A stretch of 64,000 bases of DNA from Candidatus Omnitrophota bacterium (lineage in GTDB: Bacteria; Omnitrophota; Omnitrophia; Omnitrophales; Aquincolibacteriaceae): the NCBI GenBank assembly GCA_043803685.1, contig JAZDJU010000031.1, positions 32,001-96,000 of the forward strand, given 5' to 3'. Shown here piece by piece: positions 22,001 through 31,295 of this stretch. Every line of letters begins with the position of its first letter. Position 1 is the first letter of the stretch. Made by a program: the position numbers and the translations under genes. The notes beneath the pieces were generated by a model that saw only the letters and a list, made by a program, of their open reading frames with translations, made no database searches and had not been told where the DNA came from.

Positions 22001-23053
22001 AGCTTTCGCATGAACCCGCAACGTCAGGTCCCCTTGCGAAAATCTCCGCACGGAATCAATAAGCTCCCTCATCGGACGCGAAAAATTCTTCGATACGATC
22101 CGGATCAAGATGCCAAGAAACAGGATGGCCAAAAATAAAAGGATCAGAGAATAGATCAGAACATTCTGCATTCCTCTTTGGAATACTTTGGGCGAGGCTC
22201 TGAAGGTAACGTTGAACAGGGGCCGGACGTACGGACTCAGCCTGATCTCTTTCGAAAGATCATAGAAATCAACGGGCTTGCCCTTCTCCGTTGGATTTTT
22301 CACGGGAGAAGTGGCGACGTCAGCGCTTTCGGGTGGGAACATCTGCTGATCATTCAAGGAAGTAACCCTGGCCACCCGCTCCCCAAAGAATTGAACTCCC
22401 GCCAAGTCGGTAAAGAATTTCGACAGATCGCAATGAAAGATCAGAACGCCCGCCGTCCCTGCAATCTCCGGATCGCCCTTGGTCATCCCCACTAAAAAAG
22501 TCCATTTCCCTTTAAACTTGAAAGGATCTTCGCACAATATTGTGCCGGCGGGTTTCGATATCAGCTTTGAGAATAAGGTGGAGATCCCGATATGTAGCGC
22601 GTCTTCAGGCGCCGCCGCAAGCGAGACGTAATTCTTTATTCGCTTATTCCCTTCCACGACGATCTTTTCAAGGCCCACCGCGTCAATGAACCTGAGCGAC
22701 AAATAGATCCCGTTATCCCTGCGGGTAAAACTCAGGAACAGCCGCTCGGCCGGAGATTTTGCTAATAAAATCTCGTTTTTCTGCGCGCTCAAATAATAAT
22801 CGAACGCGAAAGCGTATTGGAGGAATTTGAAATCGTTCTCAATGGGAAAGGCGTAGGTAGCATTAAAATCATCCACGGCATCCGTCAATAAATCCGAGAA
22901 CTGGGATTTTAATTCTTTGGCAATAAGCTCTCTTTGAAAAAAATAGCTGCTTATCTGCAGAACAGTGATCGCGATCAGGCTGGCGACAATAATAGGAACC
23001 ACGATCTGCTGGAAGATCGTCGGCCCTTTCTGAGAGATCACTTCATCTTTCAT
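19001..23053 (-). CDS. Hybrid sensor histidine kinase (TM sensor, HAMP, 3 PAS, HisKA/HATPase, 2 REC)
   Basis: MSHEIRTPL, NAIKFT, DTGIG, GAGLGLSI, ADIVMP and MDLQMP motifs. Confidence 0.95.
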   Translation of the reverse strand: MKDEVISQKGPTIFQQIVVPIIVASLIAITVLQISSYFFQRELIAKELKSQFSDLLTDAVDDFNATYAFPIENDFKFLQYAFAFDYYLSAQKNEILLAKSPAERLFLSFTRRDNGIYLSLRFIDAVGLEKIVVEGNKRIKNYVSLAAAPEDALHIGISTLFSKLISKPAGTILCEDPFKFKGKWTFLVGMTKGDPEIAGTAGVLIFHCDLSKFFTDLAGVQFFGERVARVTSLNDQQMFPPESADVATSPVKNPTEKGKPVDFYDLSKEIRLSPYVRPLFNVTFRASPKVFQRGMQNVLIYSLILLFLAILFLGILIRIVSKNFSRPMRELIDSVRRFSQGDLTLRVHAKASGEVQVLGEAFDRLAENLERTMVSRDAWVKEATERKTAEDSLQRAYDALEGQLRELDRAEEIGSEHERKFRAVFDQAFQLIGLLTPEGILTAANRTALEFEGIKESDVLGKRFWETPWWTHSSEMQDQLRAAIAKASQGEFVRFEVTHPFKDGELRSLDFSLKPVKDSRGKVSLLIAESRDITDRIQANLKLKDSEDRLKVIFDYAPDAYYLFDLTGTFLDGNKAAEEICGYPKEELMGKSFMKMKLIALSDMPKAAAALARSTLGFPSDPEEYTLHRRDGSVVVAEVRLFPVKIQGKVQVLGCARDITKRKKAEEALRQAHNELEARVCERTAELAKTQAYTQQILATITDYIYTVTVKDGVAVETTHQSTCLAVTGYAADEFKTQPALWENMVYPEDRPRVLEFSAAVIAGKTVQPLEHRILRKDGTVRWVRNTPVLHMDPSGRLMSYDGILSDITDRKQAEILLIESIEKAARAHKAKDQFLSNMSHEIRTPLNAIIGFSDLLKSTSLDPVQKGYVETLRDGGETLLSLLTDVLDFSRMASGEVRPGKIHFDLERLIEGVLKAHMRKLSRKDLKIFCSMDEKVPHGFRGDPARIRQVLMHLLSNAIKFTEKGEIEVRVSLDGKMENRDPVNEAMIRIAVRDTGIGLSREKYEAVFRAFEQADVSTTRKYGGAGLGLSISRELVKLMGGTIEVQSEPGQGSVFSVLLPLEVESAANDVQIFPLKDEELSGKKILILDDDAMARKIFSYYCEEVQMVVLRSSALAQDALQWLSEQSLLPDIILADIVMPDMDGYELARKIRNNKKYETIKLVAVTGEAREGAASRAQQSGYDGYVSKPASRDNLLKVIKTVLGDRREKILPVEIVTQYTAEELSRKGLRILVVEDNPSSQELLSIILRSFDFVVEIACDGREAVEKVQKEPCDLILMDLQMPVMGGLEATRIIRKELHKTMPILALTAGVSEDDRATCLAAGMNDYLAKPIEINKLKDKIFHWIKNIS

Positions 23054-23061
23054 AAACTTCC

Positions 23062-24175
23062 TTATTGGGGAGACGGATACTTTTCTAAAGCCAAAGACTT
23101 ATCCACATATTCCTCGATGAATGCTTGGCTCGACAGATCGACACCTAACATCCCGGCCCTCTGACGGTTCACCATGACCGCACCCCGGTAAGGCGCCACC
23201 ACCGGAATCACCGCAGGATCTTTTTTCTCAAAAAGGATCTGATGAGCGATCTTGACGGCCTCATACCCCTGTTTAAAACCGGAATCATCGACAGCGATGA
23301 GTACCCCTTCTTCAACAAATTGCTTCTCATCCGTGCAGTCGGGTTTCTTTACGTTTTTCAAATACCACGCGCTTGCCTCCAACGGATCCACGGCCTTCCC
23401 CGACGGATCTTTCAAGGTGTTATGATTGAAGATGAAAAACGAATCCGTTTTATCGCGAAATCTCAAAATTTCCGCCTTCCATTCCGAAAACGAATCCGTC
23501 ACGATTGAAGCTGTCAGCTTCAAACCAAGCCGTCCCTCGACCGCAAGACTCTCGATCTTTTTGGCTTTGGCCCTGCCAGTCGATGAATCATCCGAAAGCA
23601 CGACAAGGGTGGAAATGCCAGGAGCCAGTTTCTTTAAGCACCCCAAAGTTTCTCTCAGATACCCCGTCTGATAAACACCCGTAACATTATGGCCGGGAGA
23701 CTCCAGAGTTTCTACGAGACCATACTTCGTGGGATCGACATTGACCCCCCCAGAAAACAACGGGGATCCCGGTATCCACGAACTCATTACCGATGTAGTT
23801 GGCCGCATTGTCATCCCCTAAAAGGATCAGATCGGGCTTGAATTCATGGATCTCTTCCGTGATCTTGGCGGCAGCTTCGGCAATTTCACTCCTTGCGTTT
23901 TTTCGCTTGGTGTCCATCCAGGCTTTTCGGATGACCACTTTTTCAGTTTCCACAAAATCATTCCGGGTCAACTCCTCGCCCTGCGCCTTATTATCCAAAA
24001 ATTTAAACTCCAGCAACGCTGCGCATACACCCGCGTTCGTATCCTGGGACCAAAGATATTCCCGGTGATAGCTGCTCACGATGAATATTCTCATCTTCCC
24101 CGGATCCGCGAAACTTGTTACGGCTGAACACAACACAAAAAACAGAACAAGGAAAACCTTCGCCCATTTTTTCAT
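23062..24175 (-). pseudogene. Periplasmic ABC substrate-binding-like protein with a frameshift (possibly a sequencing error)
   Basis: Two overlapping ORFs join as PVVFWG-VNVDP if one base is removed from the C7 run at 23745-23751. Confidence 0.75.
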
Positions 24176-24612
24176 GCGAGTGATCTCATCTTTCTTTTCG
24201 AGAAGAACCGGAACGCGTTAGTTCAAACCGATCGAGCACCTTTTCCTGAAATGCCTGCCTATAGAGAAAAAGCCCGGGCGTCACGAAAAGCGTCACGGCT
24301 TGGAAAAGGCAAGCCCGCCCATCACCACGAGCCCGATCCTTCCCTCCCGGGAGCGCTGGGGAAGCATCATGCAAACGACCCCCAGCCCAAGGAAAGAAAA
24401 GCCGTAGATAAAAAAAGAAGTCGCGTTGGCCCTTAAAAAATCGCTCCATTAAAATTCCCTCTGAGCGCTAAAAAAAATAATGCTAAAACAGATCCCACCG
24501 CCTGTAAGATCCGAAGCGTTCAAGTATCGTCACTTTCAACTCCCAAATACACTTCCCCATTGCCTCAACGCGACGACCCAGGAAAACACCACGTTCGGGA
24601 GCCCTCACACGG

Positions 24613-26016
24613 TCAGGCCTTTTCCGTTTCCTGCTGCCATCCGCCGCCGAGCGCGCGATAAAGCTGGACATAGTAATTGAGTTGTGCGCCTTGTGTGAGC
24701 GCAAGGCTGTTTTGAGCGGTATAATATTGCTGGTCCGCGTCCAGAACCTCCGTGTAGCTTGAGAGGCCCTCTTCATACCGGGCTTGTGAAAGCTTGACGG
24801 CCTCTTTCAGGGCCGCAACTTGTTTTTCCTGCTCCTCACGGACTTTTTGGCTCTTTTCAATTCCCACCAGCGCGTCCGCCACCTCCTGGAATGCGGTCAG
24901 CACCGTCTGTTTATAAAACGCGAAGGACTGTTGCCATTTCGCTTGGGCGGCTTTGTAACCATAAACATTTTTCCCGCCCTTAAAAAGAGGCATATCTACA
25001 TTACCGCCAATCGACCACGTGTATCCCTTCCCGTTGAAGATCTGGGAGGGCCGCTCGCCGCCACCGCCCACAAAATGGGTCAGATTCACCTTCGGCATGA
25101 ATTCACCGACCGAAACCCCCATCTGCGCATTGGCCGCACGTAAGAGTTGTTCTGCTTCCATGATATCCGGGCGGCGTTTCAATATTTCAGAGGGAAGGCC
25201 GGAACTGGGAAGACCGGGCGCAAAGGACTCCTCGGATATGGAAGCGGTCCGTTGGATCGAACCGGGGTTCCTGCCGAGAAGCTCCGAAAGTTTATTTTCC
25301 TGAACCGCGATCTGGCGCTCGAGCTCTGGAATATTCGCCCCGGTTTGGTCATAGTCGGCTTCGGCCCTCGCGACTTCAAGTCCGGAAGCGGTGCCTCCCT
25401 GAAGACGCTTCTGGAAGAGGTCTAAATTACCGCGGCGGGTCTCCCTCGTATTCTTGGCGATATCCAATTGGAGGTCCAGTTGCAGGATCGTAAAATAAGT
25501 CTGGGCCACATCGGCGACAAGCGTCACCATCACTCCCCGACGGGCGTCCTCCGTCGCTAGGTAATCGGCCTGCGAAGCGCGGATCGCCTGGCGGATCTTT
25601 CCCCAAACGTCCAATTCCCACGCCGTGCTGAAACCACCGGTCATCGTGGAGGTCAGACGGTCAAGGCCCGGATAGAGCGCCTGCGAATTCCGGTCCCGTG
25701 AGATACCGCTCGTCAGATCCGTCTGAGGGAGGATCTGAGACCGGGTCACGCCCACCATGGCACGGGCCTCATCCACGCGGGCGGCCGCAGAGCGCAGATC
25801 ATAGTTATTGAGCAGGGTCTCGCGGATAAGTTCCTGTAGCGTCTTATCGTTGAAGACCTTCCACCACGGAAGATTGACCATCGACTCCCCTTGATCCAGG
25901 GTTTTGTAACTGCGATAGGTCTGCGGCAGTTCCATGGCGGGCTCATGATACCGGGGGCCGATCGCACAGCCGGAAACGAAGAGGGTAAGGACGAAGAAAG
26001 CCGCTTTGAATTTCAT
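24613..26016 (-). CDS. Outer membrane efflux lipoprotein (NodT/TolC family)
   Basis: Lipobox VSGC; WELDVWG, RRPDI and LYRALGGGW motifs. Confidence 0.93.
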   Translation of the reverse strand: MKFKAAFFVLTLFVSGCAIGPRYHEPAMELPQTYRSYKTLDQGESMVNLPWWKVFNDKTLQELIRETLLNNYDLRSAAARVDEARAMVGVTRSQILPQTDLTSGISRDRNSQALYPGLDRLTSTMTGGFSTAWELDVWGKIRQAIRASQADYLATEDARRGVMVTLVADVAQTYFTILQLDLQLDIAKNTRETRRGNLDLFQKRLQGGTASGLEVARAEADYDQTGANIPELERQIAVQENKLSELLGRNPGSIQRTASISEESFAPGLPSSGLPSEILKRRPDIMEAEQLLRAANAQMGVSVGEFMPKVNLTHFVGGGGERPSQIFNGKGYTWSIGGNVDMPLFKGGKNVYGYKAAQAKWQQSFAFYKQTVLTAFQEVADALVGIEKSQKVREEQEKQVAALKEAVKLSQARYEEGLSSYTEVLDADQQYYTAQNSLALTQGAQLNYYVQLYRALGGGWQQETEKA

Positions 26017-26120
26017 TGAATTTCCTCCTTTTTCAGCTGCCGGAAGAGATTAAAAAGATCATGGTCATGTTTTTCAGATTATACCCGCCGCATCCTGCCT
26101 AGTCGAGGCTGAACAGGAAG

Positions 26121-27245
26121 CTATTTTGTTACTGCGATCGATTTCCGGAAAAGTCCCAGGCTATAAATAAAAAATCCGAGACCGATCACGCTCACCATCA
26201 GGAATTGAAGCCAAACCGCGCTAAGTCCCCCACCCCGGTAAATGATCACCTGTGAAAAGCTGACAAAATGCCTGGAAGGTAAAAAGAACGTAATATGCTG
26301 GAGCCATTCAGGTTGGCTTTCAACGGGCGTCGATCCGCCGGAAAGCAGCATCAGCACAAGGACCACCAGGATGTTCAGGAGTGCAAACTGGGCCATGGAC
26401 CGCGAGATCGTCCCGAGGAATATTCCCAATGCCGTCGCGAAGAAAAGGTAGAGAACCACCCCGGAGAACCACAACAGGTGCGAACCGGCAAACGGCACCT
26501 TCAGCGCCATTTGGACCACCCCAAAAAGAGAGATCGCTGTCGCAAGCAGGATCACCAGGCCGTTGGCCCACACCTTTGCCATGGCGATCTCAAAAGCGTT
26601 CAGCGGCATCACGAGCAGATGTTCCAGCGTTCCGTGCTCGCGTTCCCTGATGACCGCGGCACCCGTCAGAACGATCGTCAAAAGAGAGATCTGATTGATA
26701 ATGGCCACGATGCTCAAAAACCAAGAGGCGGTCCCGTTCGGATTGAAAAGCTTGCGGATGATCAGCTGGACGGGCGCGGATTCTTGCTCATCCGTGCGTT
26801 TTAAATAATTCGAGATGCGCTTGTTGATGATGCTCTTGATGTAAGTCGTGCCGATACCTGCCTGCTGCATGGCCGTTGCGTCGATATTGATCTGGATCTC
26901 CGGATTCCGTCCGGCCCGGAGATCATCATCAAACCTCGGCGGGATCGCGACGACGAACATGAACAGCCCTTTATCCATGGCGTCTTCCACTTCGCTTGCG
27001 TTGATCTTTTTGGGCGCCTGAAAACGCGGCGGATAAAAAGCATTGATCAGTTCCTTCGACAACGTGGAGTTGTTCTCATCCACAAAAGCGATCGACGCGT
27101 TATTCACTTCATTCGAAGTGCCCGTCGCCTGAATGTAGATCGCCATCGTGAACGCATAGATGACGAACACAAGCATCACTTTGTCGCTGATCAGACTGCG
27201 GATCTCCTTGAGGCCGAGCCAAAAAATGTTCAAGAGTGACGTCAC
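26121..27245 (-). CDS. ABC-2 type permease (YhhJ-like)
   Basis: IREREHGTLEHLLVMP and LSGGSTPVES motifs. Confidence 0.9.
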   Translation of the reverse strand: MTSLLNIFWLGLKEIRSLISDKVMLVFVIYAFTMAIYIQATGTSNEVNNASIAFVDENNSTLSKELINAFYPPRFQAPKKINASEVEDAMDKGLFMFVVAIPPRFDDDLRAGRNPEIQINIDATAMQQAGIGTTYIKSIINKRISNYLKRTDEQESAPVQLIIRKLFNPNGTASWFLSIVAIINQISLLTIVLTGAAVIREREHGTLEHLLVMPLNAFEIAMAKVWANGLVILLATAISLFGVVQMALKVPFAGSHLLWFSGVVLYLFFATALGIFLGTISRSMAQFALLNILVVLVLMLLSGGSTPVESQPEWLQHITFFLPSRHFVSFSQVIIYRGGGLSAVWLQFLMVSVIGLGFFIYSLGLFRKSIAVTK

Positions 27246-27247
27246 AA

Positions 27248-30043
27248 CTATTTCTCCTGTTTTCTAAGACCCAGCATGCTGACCGCCCAGAAGACCGGAA
27301 TGCAGCAGGCCAGGAAAATAATATCCTGAACCATGAGACCTGGGCTGAGACCCTTGGTATAGGCTCCGACGCTCGAATGCATGTAGTAAGTGGTCGGCCA
27401 GATCATACCCACGAGCCGGGCCTTCCCCATCAGCGTCGACACCGGCTGGAGAAGCCCAGAAAACTGGATGGTCGGAGTGATCGTGAGGATCGCGGTCACG
27501 AAGACGGCCGCGACCTGGCTTGTGGTGAAACTCGAGATGAGCATGCCGATACCGGTCGTCGCCGTGACATAAAGCAGTGTGGTGAGCGTCAGGAACAAGA
27601 AACTCCCTTTGACCGGAACGCCGAAAATGAAACGCGCCATAGCCGCCAAAATAAAAAAGTTGAGCATTGCGATCGCGACGTAGGGTATCTGCTTTCCCAG
27701 AAGGTACTCCAGCTTTCCCGTCGGCGTGACATAGAAATTGATCATGGAGCCCAGTTCTTTTTCCCGCACGATACTGACCGCCATCAGGATCGCCGGGATC
27801 AAGACCAGGAGAAGGGCCGGAATGCTCGGCACGATCGAGTAGACGCTTTCAAAGGTGGGATTGTACATGTAGCGTTCTTCAAAGGTCGCCGTATCCTTCG
27901 GGGGGCCCACGTGCAGCCCGCTTGCAGGATTTTGAAGCATGGTGTTATTGACCGCTTGAACATATTGGGCGACGGTCTCACCGCGGAAGGTCATAGCCGC
28001 GTCCACCTGAGCCAAAACTTCGGGAGCCTCCCCCCGACGAAAATCCCTGCCGAAGTTAGGAGGTATCTCAAGGACCACCGAAACATCATCCGCCTGCAGC
28101 CGGCGCAGGCCTTCATCGGCGGACCGGACAGGCGCCGTACGCGTGAAATAGCGGGGTGTCGCGGCAAATTGCTCGAGATAAGCGCGGCTTTCCGGCGACT
28201 GATCAAGATCTAAGGACGCATAGCGGATATGTTCAATATCGGTCGTGATCCCGAAACCGAAGACGAGCATCAGAAGCGCCGAACCGAGAAAAGAGAAAAC
28301 CAATCGCACCGGGTCGCGAAGGATCTGCATGGTTTCATTGCGCGCATACGCGAGCATCCGGCCGAGTCGCAAGCGGAGGCCGGAAGGCGCCGACGCCTTC
28401 GAAACCGCAGGCTGAACAGCGGCGGGTGCACTGTCCTGAGCTTTGTTTTTGCTTTTCGCGCCGGATGCGGCATCGGCAACGGCATCTTCCATATAACCGA
28501 TGAACGCATCCTCCAGATTGGCGGCACCGCGCGTTTCGATCAGTTTTTGCGGAGCGTCACACGCCAACACCTTCCCCGCGTTCATAAGCGAGATCCGGTC
28601 GCAGCGCATGCCTTCGTTCATGAAGTGCGTCGTAATAAAGATCGTCACCTTCTGCTTTCGCGAAAGGTCGATCAAGAGTTCCCAAAAGCTGTCCCGCGCG
28701 ATAGGATCGACCCCAGAAGTGGGTTCATCCAGGATCAATATTTTGGGCTCATGAAGAACGGCGACCGCCAGCGAAAGCCTCTGCCGCAAGCCCATGGGCA
28801 GAGACTCGGCCAACGAATCGAGATGCGGGCCCAGGCCGAATTTTTCAACGAGCTCCTCAATGCGCGCCTCCGACTTTTTAGCCGGAATATGATAAAGAAG
28901 GGCGTCCAGCACCAGATTCTGGCGAACGGTCAGCTCGCCGTAAAGCGAGAACGCCTGAGTCATGTAGCCGAGCTTTTTTCGCACTTCATTGCTTCCGGCT
29001 TCGACGGAACTTCCAAAGAGCGTCGCCGTGCCTTCGGTGGGAGGTAAAAGTCCGGTCAGCATTTTCATGGTGGTGGACTTGCCGCAGCCGTTAGAACCGA
29101 GAAAGCCGAAGATCTCTCCGCACTCGATCGACAGGCTGACATGGTCGACCGCGGTGAAGCTGCCAAAGAGGCGGGTCAGTCCTTGGGCGTCGATGACGAT
29201 CTCGGATTTTTCGGCCGCCCGCTGCGGGATAGCGAGTTCCGTATGTCCCATGCGCTTTTCTTCCGGAAGCAATCCGATAAAGCACGCCTCCAGATCTTTG
29301 GTGCCCGTCCGCTTCATCAATTCCGCGGGCGTTCCCGTAGCCAGCACTTTTCCGGCATCCATCGCTACGATCCAGTCCCACTTTTGCGCTTCATCCATAT
29401 AAGCGGTGGAAATAAGAACGCTCATGCCGGGACGGCCGGCCCGAATGTCGTCGATGAGTGTCCAAAATTGCCGGCGAGAAAGCGGGTCGACGCCCGTGGT
29501 GGGCTCATCAAGGATCAGGAGATCCGGTTCATGGACCAAAGCTCCGCAAAGCCCTACTTTTTGCTTCATTCCGCCCGAAAGCTTGCCGGCAGGGCGATCG
29601 GCAAAGGGCCCGAGTCCCGTGGCATTGAGCAATTCCTTGATGCGGACCGGACGTTCCGCGGGAGACAACCCGAAAAGTTGCGCCATGAAATCGACATTGT
29701 CGTAGACGCTCAGTTCCAGGTAGAGGTTCTTGCCTAATCCCTGAGGCATGTAGGCAATCCGGGGGCACGCGTCGCGCCGGTGCGCGGCGTCCGCCATATC
29801 TCCGTCCAGGACGGTCACCTTCCCCTGCTGCATCTTTTTCGATCCGGCGATCAGCGCCATAAGCGTCGACTTGCCGACGCCGTCGGGGCCGATGATGCCG
29901 ACCATGCGGCCGCTGGGGATATTGAGGGAAATACCGTCGAGCGCTAGGACCTTGCCATAACGGTGATTGACGTCTTGAATGGAAACGACCGGTTTACCAC
30001 CGGAGGCAACTCGAGACAGTTGAGAAGCGGATGACTCCACCAT
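27248..30043 (-). CDS. rbbA: Ribosome-associated ATPase/putative transporter RbbA (two ABC domains plus permease)
   Basis: GPDGVGKS, GSNGCGKS, IAYMPQGLGKNLY and VREKELGS motifs. Confidence 0.9.
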   Translation of the reverse strand: MVESSASQLSRVASGGKPVVSIQDVNHRYGKVLALDGISLNIPSGRMVGIIGPDGVGKSTLMALIAGSKKMQQGKVTVLDGDMADAAHRRDACPRIAYMPQGLGKNLYLELSVYDNVDFMAQLFGLSPAERPVRIKELLNATGLGPFADRPAGKLSGGMKQKVGLCGALVHEPDLLILDEPTTGVDPLSRRQFWTLIDDIRAGRPGMSVLISTAYMDEAQKWDWIVAMDAGKVLATGTPAELMKRTGTKDLEACFIGLLPEEKRMGHTELAIPQRAAEKSEIVIDAQGLTRLFGSFTAVDHVSLSIECGEIFGFLGSNGCGKSTTMKMLTGLLPPTEGTATLFGSSVEAGSNEVRKKLGYMTQAFSLYGELTVRQNLVLDALLYHIPAKKSEARIEELVEKFGLGPHLDSLAESLPMGLRQRLSLAVAVLHEPKILILDEPTSGVDPIARDSFWELLIDLSRKQKVTIFITTHFMNEGMRCDRISLMNAGKVLACDAPQKLIETRGAANLEDAFIGYMEDAVADAASGAKSKNKAQDSAPAAVQPAVSKASAPSGLRLRLGRMLAYARNETMQILRDPVRLVFSFLGSALLMLVFGFGITTDIEHIRYASLDLDQSPESRAYLEQFAATPRYFTRTAPVRSADEGLRRLQADDVSVVLEIPPNFGRDFRRGEAPEVLAQVDAAMTFRGETVAQYVQAVNNTMLQNPASGLHVGPPKDTATFEERYMYNPTFESVYSIVPSIPALLLVLIPAILMAVSIVREKELGSMINFYVTPTGKLEYLLGKQIPYVAIAMLNFFILAAMARFIFGVPVKGSFLFLTLTTLLYVTATTGIGMLISSFTTSQVAAVFVTAILTITPTIQFSGLLQPVSTLMGKARLVGMIWPTTYYMHSSVGAYTKGLSPGLMVQDIIFLACCIPVFWAVSMLGLRKQEK

Positions 30044-30076
30044 GAGTTTCCCAAGCCGATCTGTAGGTTTTGTATT

Positions 30077-31102
30077 TTACTTCTTGTCCGGCTGTTTGGC
30101 GGGCTGAACAAGGTTCTGAAGCCAGCTGGGCCAGACGGCAGATTCTTTAATTTTGACATACCCGACGCCGCGAACGCCCGTCTTGACGCGCTCAATGTAA
30201 CCGGAAACAAGCTCCTGAGGCACCTGGATCTTCACCCGGAACATCAACTTGTCGCGCTCACTCTTTGTCTCGACCTGCTTGGGAGTGAACTGTGCTTCCG
30301 GCGATACAAAACTGACAAAAGCGGCGGCCGCGCGACCGGGAGCATAGTCCACCGTAAGCCTCGCCTCAGCGCCGATCTTAAGACCGGCGGCCTGTTCTGA
30401 GGGAAGGTAGATCTCCATGTAAACATCTTCCAGATTCACCAAGGTTAGCGCTTTTCCTCCGGCGGCGAGCATTTCGCCGGGCTCCGCCAGGCGATAAAGC
30501 ACCCTTCCGGTCACGGGCGACTTGAGCGTCGCGTCATCAATGTGCGTTTGGATCGTCGTCACATTCGCCTGCGCGACTTCGACCTCTTGCTTCGCCGTCC
30601 GGAGCTGGGCTTCCGCTTCCGCGAGAGCGGCCGTGTTCGTCTGGAGCGACGTGTTGCGGGAGTCAAACTCACGCTGAGAAAGGGCATTCTGCTCGACAAG
30701 TTTACGGGTGCGTTCAAACTCAAGCTGGGCATTGTCAAGCAGGCTCTTCTGCCTCACCATCGCAAAGTTGGCGCTTGCCACGCGCTCTTGCGCACTTGTA
30801 ACCTGTAATTTGGCCTGATTCAGTTCGGAATCGAACGTGGCAGTATCCAGACGCACCAGCACTTCGCCCGGCTTGACGAGATCGCCTTCGTCAACGAGGA
30901 TCTCCTTAACCCTGAGCGCGTCCTTGGCAACCGCATCCACCAGCTTGGCTTCGATACGGCCGTTCCCCGAGGCGATCCCTTTGGGCAACTCGGATTGCTT
31001 CGCCTTCCGGTACTGGACGCCGAAGAATACAACTGCGGCAACGGCCACCAGCAAAATAATCCCCTTGAGATATTTTTTAGAGACGGCAATGGACATGGTC
31101 AA
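30077..31102 (-). CDS. HlyD family membrane fusion protein (YhiI-like)
   Basis: ASGNGRIEA, AQFTPKQVET and KLMFRVK motifs. Confidence 0.9.
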   Translation of the reverse strand: MTMSIAVSKKYLKGIILLVAVAAVVFFGVQYRKAKQSELPKGIASGNGRIEAKLVDAVAKDALRVKEILVDEGDLVKPGEVLVRLDTATFDSELNQAKLQVTSAQERVASANFAMVRQKSLLDNAQLEFERTRKLVEQNALSQREFDSRNTSLQTNTAALAEAEAQLRTAKQEVEVAQANVTTIQTHIDDATLKSPVTGRVLYRLAEPGEMLAAGGKALTLVNLEDVYMEIYLPSEQAAGLKIGAEARLTVDYAPGRAAAAFVSFVSPEAQFTPKQVETKSERDKLMFRVKIQVPQELVSGYIERVKTGVRGVGYVKIKESAVWPSWLQNLVQPAKQPDKK

Positions 31103-31295
31103 CTCCCCGGTGGTTAATGATTAGACAAAAGTTTATTAGCGAGAGGAGGAAAAAAGCACTGCAGGATCTATTCGCTGTACGCATCGGCGATCTTTATAGC
31201 TTAGCCTCAGGTTACCAAATAGAAAAAACTTATGAACATATTATTCATAACTTCTTTAATTACAAGGGGAAAAGCGCGGTTTGGCCGTTGACCGT

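Noticed and set aside
31230..31250. ttatgaa-N7-ttcataa palindrome upstream of the efflux operon
   Set aside because: Plausible operator, but AT-rich and with no cognate regulator nearby.
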